Below, piece by piece: positions 17,762 to 23,999 of a stretch of 23,999 nucleotides of DNA. Source of the stretch: Nitrospinota bacterium (lineage in GTDB: Bacteria; UBA8248); assembly GCA_046581755.1 (NCBI GenBank), contig JAYGFR010000016.1, positions 1-23,999 on the forward strand, read 5' to 3'. A program made the position numbers and the translations under genes. Under the pieces are notes generated by a model. That model was not told the DNA's origin, ran no database searches, and saw only the letters and a program-made list of their open reading frames with translations. The stretch's first letter is position 1. Each line of letters begins with the position of its first letter.

Positions 17762-18949
17762 ATGGACAATTTTTTTCCCGGTGGCAGGCCGACCGCCGCT
17801 TTCGTCGATCTCGATACCCTCGCCGCTAATTTTCGCTCCCTTTCCGAATCCATCGGATCCCAGCGCGGCGTCCTGGCCGTGGTCAAGGCCGAAGCCTACG
17901 GGCACGGCGCCGCCGAGGCGGCCACCGCCTTCATCGAAGCGGGCGCCGCCTGGCTCGGGGTGGCCACGGTGGAGGAAGGGGAGCAGCTTCGGAAGGTTCC
18001 CGCGGCTGCAGGAGATGCGGTGCGTGTCCTGGTGATGAGCGGAGCCTTTTCCGGTCTCGCTTCCCGCACGGTCGCGGCCGGGCTCGATGCGGTGGTGTGG
18101 AATCTGGACCAGGCCGAGGCGCTCTCGGCCGCCGCCTCGGCTGTGGGACAGAGGGCCCGAATCCATGTGAAGGTGGATTCCGGAATGCGCCGTCTTGGCA
18201 TTCCCCCCGGAGAGGCAGCGGAATTCCTCGCCAGGGCCGGGAAGTTGAAGGGAGTCGAAATCGCCGGCCTGATGAGTCACCTTGCCCGGGCCGATGAGGA
18301 GGATGACGCGGAGGCCACGGAGGCCCAATTTGAGGTCATCCGGGCTCTGCTTGACGATTTTCGGGCGAAGGGGGTTCTTCCCGCAATCGTTCATGCCGCC
18401 AACAGCGCCGGGGCGCTGGCCTTTCCCGATGCGCCGGGAGGGATGGTCCGCGCGGGAATCGCCCTGTATGGTTGCCCCCCTGTGCCGGCCCCCGGGGTGG
18501 ACCTGCGGCCCGCCATGACCCTGAAGAGCGCGATTGTCCAGGTGAGGGAGGTGGCCGCGAATGAGGCGGTCGGCTACGGGGGAATCTACAGTAGAAGCGC
18601 CGCCGGGCGCGTGGCGGTCGTGCCCATCGGATATGCGGACGGCTACCCGAGGCTCCTGTCGAACCGCGCCGATGTCCTCGTGCGGGGAAGGCGGGTCCCC
18701 GTCGCGGGCCGCGTGTCGATGGATATGCTGACGATCGATGTCAGCGGAATCGAGGACGCATCGGTGGGGGACGAGGTGGTTTTGATCGGAGCGCAGGGGA
18801 CGGATCATATCGCCTGCGAGGAGCTGGCCGCGCGGTCCGAAACGATAACCTATGAGATATTGTCGCGTCTGGGGGTTCGGGTTCCCCGGATTTTCCTGAA
18901 GGATGGACGCGCAGTGGGCAGCCGGATACTGGGAGGCGGGCCGCCGTGA
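17762..18949 (+). CDS. alr: Alanine racemase
   Basis: PLP lysine motif AVVKAEAYGHG, HVKVDSGMRRLG, MSHLARAD, HAANSAG, VGYGG, IGYADG, GRVSMD and TITYEIL. Confidence 0.96.
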   Translation: MDNFFPGGRPTAAFVDLDTLAANFRSLSESIGSQRGVLAVVKAEAYGHGAAEAATAFIEAGAAWLGVATVEEGEQLRKVPAAAGDAVRVLVMSGAFSGLASRTVAAGLDAVVWNLDQAEALSAAASAVGQRARIHVKVDSGMRRLGIPPGEAAEFLARAGKLKGVEIAGLMSHLARADEEDDAEATEAQFEVIRALLDDFRAKGVLPAIVHAANSAGALAFPDAPGGMVRAGIALYGCPPVPAPGVDLRPAMTLKSAIVQVREVAANEAVGYGGIYSRSAAGRVAVVPIGYADGYPRLLSNRADVLVRGRRVPVAGRVSMDMLTIDVSGIEDASVGDEVVLIGAQGTDHIACEELAARSETITYEILSRLGVRVPRIFLKDGRAVGSRILGGGPP

Positions 18950-19707
18950 GCGAAAAGATCAAGATCGAGTTTCGCGGCGTGGAGAAATCCTTCGGCGGCA
19001 ACCATGTCCTCCGGGGGGTGGACCTCCGGATTCCCGCAGGAGAGATCACCGTTATCATCGGGCGGAGCGGCGAGGGGAAAAGCGTTTTGATCAAGCACGT
19101 CATCCGGCTCCTGCGTCCGGACCGGGGGCAGGTCCTGATCGACGGGACCGACATCGCCCCCTTTCGCACCGCTGGGCTGGGGGAGTTGCGCGCCAAGTTC
19201 GGAATGCTGTTCCAGGGAGGAGCGCTTTTCGATTCGATGACGGTGGAGGAGAACGTCTCGTTTCCGCTCCGGGAGCACACCCGCCTTTCTCCCCGTGAAA
19301 TTTCGGAAAAGGTCCGCGAAAAACTTCACCTGGTGGGGCTGGACGGCATCGAGGACAGGATGCCCTCCCAGCTCTCGGGAGGGATGCAAAAGCGGGTCGG
19401 GCTGGCGCGGGCCATCATCCGGGAGCCGGAGATTCTCCTGTACGACGAGCCGACGACGGGCCTGGACCCGATCCTGGCCGATTCCATCGACCAGCTCATC
19501 GTGCGGATGGAGGAGACCCTGAGCATCACCTCGCTCATCATCAGTCACGATATCCAGCGGGCGATGGAATTCGCCCACTCGGTCGCCATGCTCTATGAGG
19601 GCAAAATTCTCGCCCACGGCAGCCCCCAAGAAATTTCCTCCTCGGATAACCCCGTTATCCGCCAATTCCTCGCGGGCAGTTCGGAAGGCCCGATTCAGGT
19701 CCTGTGA
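18946..19707 (+). CDS. ABC transporter ATP-binding protein, MlaF/Ttg2A/Mkl subfamily
   Basis: GTG start overlapping the alr stop. Walker A GRSGEGKS, GMLFQGGALFDSMTVEENV, LSGGMQKRVGLARA, LYDEPTTGLDP, ISHD and C-terminal NPVIRQFLAGSSEGPI, typical of MlaF-type ATPases. Confidence 0.88.
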   Translation: MSEKIKIEFRGVEKSFGGNHVLRGVDLRIPAGEITVIIGRSGEGKSVLIKHVIRLLRPDRGQVLIDGTDIAPFRTAGLGELRAKFGMLFQGGALFDSMTVEENVSFPLREHTRLSPREISEKVREKLHLVGLDGIEDRMPSQLSGGMQKRVGLARAIIREPEILLYDEPTTGLDPILADSIDQLIVRMEETLSITSLIISHDIQRAMEFAHSVAMLYEGKILAHGSPQEISSSDNPVIRQFLAGSSEGPIQVL

Positions 19708-20879
19708 GCGGCGCGATCCGGTTCGAGGTCCTGGCGTCCGAGCCGGAGGGAAAGGCGCGCGCCGGAAGGCTGGAGACGCCGCATGGCGCCGTGGACACCC
19801 CCGCTTTCATGGCGGTGGGCACCCAGGCGACCGTCAAGACTCTGGGTCCGGCGGATTTATCGGCGGTAGGCTCCCAAATCATACTGGCCAATGCGTATCA
19901 TCTTTCCCTGCGGCCGGGAGCGGAGCGGATCTCCCGGCTCGGCGGTCTCCACGAATTCATGCGCTGGAGCGGCCCCCTCCTCACCGACAGCGGCGGGTAT
20001 CAGCTATTCAGCCTGGCCCCGCTGGCCAAGGTGACGGACGAGGGGATCGCCTTTCAGAGTCATCTGGACGGCACCCGGATGAATCTCACCCCGGAGCGGG
20101 CGGTGGAGATTCAGGAGGCGCTTGGGCCCGATATCGCCATGGTTCTGGATGAGCCGCTGGGGTTCCCCCACACGCGGGACGAGGCGGCGGAGGCGCTGCG
20201 CCGGACGACGGCTTGGGCGATGCGCTCGAAGAGGGCCCACCGCCGGGAGGATCAGGCGCTCTTCGGGATCGTGCAGGGGGGAGCCTTCGCGGATTTGCGA
20301 AAGGAAAGCGCCGGGCAACTGGTGGAACTGGACCTGGACGGCTACGCCGTGGGGGGGCTTTCCCTGGGGGAGGGAAAGCGCGAGACGGACGCGCTGCTGG
20401 ATGCGGCAACGGACGATCTCCCGGTCGATAAGCCGCGCTATGTGATGGGTATGGGGACGCCGGGGGACCTTCTCCGGGGGGTCGGGCGCGGGGCCGATAT
20501 GTTCGATTGTGTGATGCCGACCCGCCACGCCCGCAGGGGAAACCTTTTTATGTGGGCCGGGCGGATTTCGATCAAAAACGCCGAAAACGCCGAAAATCAA
20601 TCGCCTATTGATGAGGGGTGCGGCTGCCCCACCTGCCGCCAGGGGTTCAGCCGCGCCTATTTGCGGCACCTTTTTCAGGCGGAGGAGATGCTGGGCTACC
20701 GCCTCATGACGATGCACAATCTTTTCTTTTATCACGACCTCCTGGGGCGGGCGCGCGAGGCCATCCGATCGGGTGGGTTCGCCTCCTTCGCCCGGGAACT
20801 TCTTGCGGGGCCGCTGGGCGCCGATCCAGGCGGCCCCCCCGGCGGCAGGGGAGGGAGAGAGAGGGGGAGTTCAGAGTAA
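19704..20879 (+). CDS. tgt: tRNA-guanine transglycosylase
   Basis: ARAGRLETPHG.VDTPAFMAVGT, TDSGGYQ, FGIVQGG, KPRYVMGMG, DMFDCVMPTR and Zn site CGCPTC...HN. GTG start overlapping the upstream stop. Confidence 0.95.
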   Translation: MSGAIRFEVLASEPEGKARAGRLETPHGAVDTPAFMAVGTQATVKTLGPADLSAVGSQIILANAYHLSLRPGAERISRLGGLHEFMRWSGPLLTDSGGYQLFSLAPLAKVTDEGIAFQSHLDGTRMNLTPERAVEIQEALGPDIAMVLDEPLGFPHTRDEAAEALRRTTAWAMRSKRAHRREDQALFGIVQGGAFADLRKESAGQLVELDLDGYAVGGLSLGEGKRETDALLDAATDDLPVDKPRYVMGMGTPGDLLRGVGRGADMFDCVMPTRHARRGNLFMWAGRISIKNAENAENQSPIDEGCGCPTCRQGFSRAYLRHLFQAEEMLGYRLMTMHNLFFYHDLLGRAREAIRSGGFASFARELLAGPLGADPGGPPGGRGGRERGSSE

Positions 20880-20903
20880 AGGCTTGATTCTGAATGCGTT
20901 TGC

Positions 20904-20932
20904 TTGACAAGCCCAATTCCCTTTGCTACCAA
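20904..20932 (+). promoter_or_regulatory. Putative sigma70 promoter for yajC-secD-secF
   Basis: Perfect TTGACA (20904-09), 17 nt spacer, TACCAA (20927-32) with a TGn extension. Confidence 0.6.
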
Positions 20933-20989
20933 ACCGGGGGGCGCCCTGCCGGGCGTCTTTTTCATAAAGATTCGATAAAGGATTTGGCT

Positions 20990-21400
20990 ATGTGGAATCA
21001 ATTGACGGAAATCCTGGGCGGTCCGACGAACGCCTATGCGCTGGCCGGGTTCGGTGGGGACGGCGGTGGCGATCAATCCATAATCGGGATGATTTTACCG
21101 TTCCTCATGGTATTCGGAATTATTTATTTCCTGATGATTCGCCCCCAGCAAAAGAAGGCGCAGGAACAACAGGCCATGCTTCAGTCCCTGAAGGTGAACG
21201 ATAACGTGGTGGCCAGCGGAATCTACGGCGAGATCACCCGGATCAAGGACGATATAATCTATGTGAAAATCGCCGACAACGTTCGTATCCGCGTGATGAG
21301 GTCGTCGATTACGGGTCTGACTTCCAAAGAGGCCCCATCGGACAAGGCAAAGTCCAAAGAGGCCCCATCGGACAAGGCAAAGGACAAGTCTTCGGATTAA
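20990..21400 (+). CDS. yajC: Preprotein translocase subunit YajC
   Basis: ILPFLMVFGIIYFLMIRPQQKK...LKVNDNVVASGIYGEI. Start trimmed to ATG 20990 after AAGGA; the ORF extension to 20894 covers the promoter. Confidence 0.93.
   Translation: MWNQLTEILGGPTNAYALAGFGGDGGGDQSIIGMILPFLMVFGIIYFLMIRPQQKKAQEQQAMLQSLKVNDNVVASGIYGEITRIKDDIIYVKIADNVRIRVMRSSITGLTSKEAPSDKAKSKEAPSDKAKDKSSD
21323..21382 (+). repeat. Perfect 30-bp tandem duplication in the YajC tail
   Basis: TCCAAAGAGGCCCCATCGGACAAGGCAAAG x2, encoding SKEAPSDKAK x2. Confidence 0.92.
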
Positions 21401-21486
21401 CCGTCGGTTTCCCGGGTCTTCCCGATTCGGTCTCTCCCCGTGGGAGAAGCCGAGGGGAGGCTTCGTGCTGTGGTGAGGAGAGGTAA

Positions 21487-23034
21487 ATGAAAAGGCTGGA
21501 TTGGCGCGGAGGACTGATCGCTGTCGTCGTTCTGGTCGCGGTCTTTTTCATCATTCCTCCGGGCGAGCGCATCAAACTGGGGCTGGATCTCCAGGGGGGG
21601 ATTCATCTGGTCCTGGAGGTGCAGGCTGAAAAGGCGGTGGAGGCGAAAATCGACCGCTATTTCGGGGAGCTGAAAAGCCGCCTGGAAAAAGACGATATCC
21701 GCACCCGCACTCTTCGCCGGAAGGGCCGCCGCGTCACCATCGGCCTTCACCGCGAATCGGACCGAGCGAAGCTGACCGCTCTGATGGCGGAATATCCGGA
21801 CCTCGCTCTTCAAACCGTCAATGGAAAGCCGCCCGTCTTCGTCTACGCCTATCCGGCCGAGGTCGCGCGCCGGACGATGGAGCAGGCCATCTCCCAGGCG
21901 CTCGAAACGATCCGCAACCGAATCGACCAGTTCGGCGTCCGCGAACCGACCCTCCAGCGCCAGGGGGAGCGGCGGATCATCATCCAGCTTCCGGGCGTCA
22001 AGGACCCCTCGCGCGCCAAGGCGCTGATCGGAAAGACGGCTCTTCTGGAGTTCAAGATGGTGGCCCAGAACGCCGACCCCGCCGAGGCGGTCAAATCGGG
22101 GGCGCCCGAGGGGCTACTGCTTCTCTATCAAATTGAGCGCGATAAGGTGACGGGGGAGGTCGTTAGCCGGGATCCGGTCCTGGTGAAGAAAGAATCCGCC
22201 TTGACGGGCGATCACTTGACGAACGCGCGCGTTGAGATCGGCGACCGCTTCAGCCAGCCCTATGTCACGGTGAGTTTCGATTCGGTGGGCGCGGGCATAT
22301 TCGGCAGGCTTACGGCGGCCAACGTGGGCCGGCGGATGGCCATCATTCTGGACGGGGTGGTCTACAGCGCGCCCGTTATACAGGAGCCCATCCCGGGCGG
22401 CCGGGCGCAGATTTCGGGTGGCTTTACGATGAACGAGGCTACCGATTTGGCCATCGCCCTCCGGGCCGGGGCGCTGCCGGCGCCGGTCGAGGTGCTCGAG
22501 GAGCGCAACGTGGGCCCCTCGCTGGGCGCCGATTCGATCCGCCAGGGCGTTATCAGCATCATCGTGGGCTTCATCCTGGTCATGGTGTTCATGGCGGTCT
22601 ACTACCGGATGAGCGGCGGGGTGGCGATCCTGGCGCTGTTGCTGAACCTGATCCTGCTGCTCGGGGCGCTGGGCTTTTTCGAGGCGACGCTGACGCTCCC
22701 GGGAATTGCGGGCGTGGTCCTGACGGTGGGCATGGCCGTGGACGCGAACGTCCTCATTTTCGAGCGCATCCGCGAGGAGCTGCGCCTGGGCAAGACGGTG
22801 CGCTCGGCCATCGATGCCGGCTACGGCAAGGCCTTTTTGACCATTCTCGATGCCAACGTCACCACCCTGATCGCCGCCCTGGTCCTCCTCCAGTTCGGGA
22901 CGGGCCCCATCAAGGGCTTCGCCATCACCCTGAGCATCGGGATCGTGGCCAGCATGTTCACCGCCATCTTCGTGACGCGGTTTGTGTACGATTTTGCGCT
23001 CACCCGTAAAGACATCAGGAGCCTGAGCATCTAA
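21487..23034 (+). CDS. secD: Protein translocase subunit SecD
   Basis: LGLDLQGG, IRNRIDQFGVREP, RIIIQLPG, LRAGALPAP, VGPSLG, LTLPGIAG, GMAVDANVLIFERIREE and GPIKGFA. Confidence 0.97.
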   Translation: MKRLDWRGGLIAVVVLVAVFFIIPPGERIKLGLDLQGGIHLVLEVQAEKAVEAKIDRYFGELKSRLEKDDIRTRTLRRKGRRVTIGLHRESDRAKLTALMAEYPDLALQTVNGKPPVFVYAYPAEVARRTMEQAISQALETIRNRIDQFGVREPTLQRQGERRIIIQLPGVKDPSRAKALIGKTALLEFKMVAQNADPAEAVKSGAPEGLLLLYQIERDKVTGEVVSRDPVLVKKESALTGDHLTNARVEIGDRFSQPYVTVSFDSVGAGIFGRLTAANVGRRMAIILDGVVYSAPVIQEPIPGGRAQISGGFTMNEATDLAIALRAGALPAPVEVLEERNVGPSLGADSIRQGVISIIVGFILVMVFMAVYYRMSGGVAILALLLNLILLLGALGFFEATLTLPGIAGVVLTVGMAVDANVLIFERIREELRLGKTVRSAIDAGYGKAFLTILDANVTTLIAALVLLQFGTGPIKGFAITLSIGIVASMFTAIFVTRFVYDFALTRKDIRSLSI

Positions 23035-23969
23035 TGGAAATCTTTCCGCCAGACATCCGGTTCGACATTGTTGGAAAATGGAGGGTCTTCGCGGGCACCT
23101 CCATGGTGGCGGTCGTCTTGTCGCTTCTGCTGCTCGGGGTCAAGGGCCTCAATATGGGGATCGATTTCACGGGCGGCACGCTGGTCCAGGTCCAGTTCAA
23201 AAAGGCCCAGCCCATCGCTAAGATCCGCTCGTCCGTGGCCTCGCTCTCGCTCGGTGACACCGTGGTCCAGAACTTCGGCTCGGATCGCGAGTATTTGATC
23301 CGCGTCGAAAAAAGCCTGGGCACAACGCGCGGGGTCGGCGAGAGGGTCGCCGGCATCTTGAGCAAGGATTTCGGCAAGGGCACGTTCGAAATTCGGCGCA
23401 CCGAAAGCGTGGGTCCCAAGGTGGGCTCCGATCTTCGCGAAAAGGCGATGAGCAGCATGTTCTTCGCCCTCATTGGCATCCTGATTTACGTCAGCCTCCG
23501 CTTTCAGTTCCGCCAGGCGGTCGCCGCCGTCATCGCCCTGCTTCACGACGTCATCATCACGGCGGGCGTCTTCTCCTTGTCCGGAAAAGAGTTCTCCCTC
23601 CCGATCGTGGCGGCGCTCCTGACCATCATCGGATATTCGCTCAACGACACCATCGTCGTCTTCGACCGCATCCGGGAGAATACCAGGCTCTCCCGCCGCT
23701 CCGAATTTATCGACCTCATCAACCGGTCCGTGAATCAGACCCTCTCCCGGACGATCATCACCTCCGGGACAACCCTCGTCGCCGTCATCGCGTTCCTCAT
23801 TCTGGGCGGCGATGTGATCTCCGACGTGGCGTTCACGCTGGTGGTCGGCATCATCGCCGGCACCTATTCGTCCATCTACGTCGCCAGCCCGCTCCTTCTG
23901 GTGTGGCCCGGCGGGAGCGGCGCATCGCGCAAGCTGGCCCAAGGGAAAAAATCGGCGGCCAAGGCCTAG
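23034..23969 (+). CDS. secF: Protein translocase subunit SecF
   Basis: GIDFTGG, VGPKVG, LLHDV, GYSLNDTIVVFDRIRE, RTIITSGTT and GTYSSIYVA. TAATG coupling to secD. Confidence 0.97.
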   Translation: MEIFPPDIRFDIVGKWRVFAGTSMVAVVLSLLLLGVKGLNMGIDFTGGTLVQVQFKKAQPIAKIRSSVASLSLGDTVVQNFGSDREYLIRVEKSLGTTRGVGERVAGILSKDFGKGTFEIRRTESVGPKVGSDLREKAMSSMFFALIGILIYVSLRFQFRQAVAAVIALLHDVIITAGVFSLSGKEFSLPIVAALLTIIGYSLNDTIVVFDRIRENTRLSRRSEFIDLINRSVNQTLSRTIITSGTTLVAVIAFLILGGDVISDVAFTLVVGIIAGTYSSIYVASPLLLVWPGGSGASRKLAQGKKSAAKA

Positions 23970-23999
23970 CTCCCCCTTTCGGCGACCCATCCCCTCCAG

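Noticed and set aside
16160..18808. 882-aa antisense ORF
   Set aside because: Lies opposite dnaB and alr and has no recognisable motifs; typical shadow ORF of high-GC codon usage.
21323..21382. CRISPR-like repeat
   Set aside because: Two adjacent copies with no spacer, in frame within yajC, and no cas genes.
21401..21486. Structured RNA between yajC and secD
   Set aside because: A GC-rich hairpin can be drawn (TCGGTCTCTCCC/GGGAGAAGCCGA), but it has no recognisable family motif or U-tract and is expected by chance at this GC content.

Overview
GC-rich bacterial core-genome window with gene order resembling deltaproteobacteria/Nitrospinota-type diderms (inference from synteny only). It starts in the 3' part of a NIPSNAP-family gene. 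A minus-strand cell-envelope operon follows (PMM/PGM, YqaA/DedA-type membrane protein, mannose-1-P guanylyltransferase, uppP). Divergent from it is a long plus-strand run: plsC-like acyltransferase, dciA (DUF721), TPR lipoprotein, LolB-like lipoprotein, ispE, prs, rplY, pth, K+-dependent (probably Na+-pumping) membrane pyrophosphatase, rpsF-ssb-rpsR-rplI, dnaB, alr, a lone MlaF-type ABC ATPase, tgt, yajC, secD, secF. I see no mobile element, CRISPR array, tRNA or rRNA, and no clearly new multi-gene system. The best leads are: (1) a structured leader upstream of the Na+-PPase that resembles a Na+-sensing (DUF1646-type) riboswitch with an anti-SD switch; (2) a well-formed S6:S18 autoregulatory leader before rpsF; (3) a TGT with atypical substrate-pocket residues and no adjacent queA; (4) a TPR-lipoprotein/LolB-like pair in the Pseudomonas lbcA-lolB-ispE position; (5) an MlaF-type ATPase lacking its permease and MCE partners; (6) a DedA-type gene co-transcribed with uppP and GDP-mannose genes. 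All family calls come from motifs recognised by eye; no searches were run.
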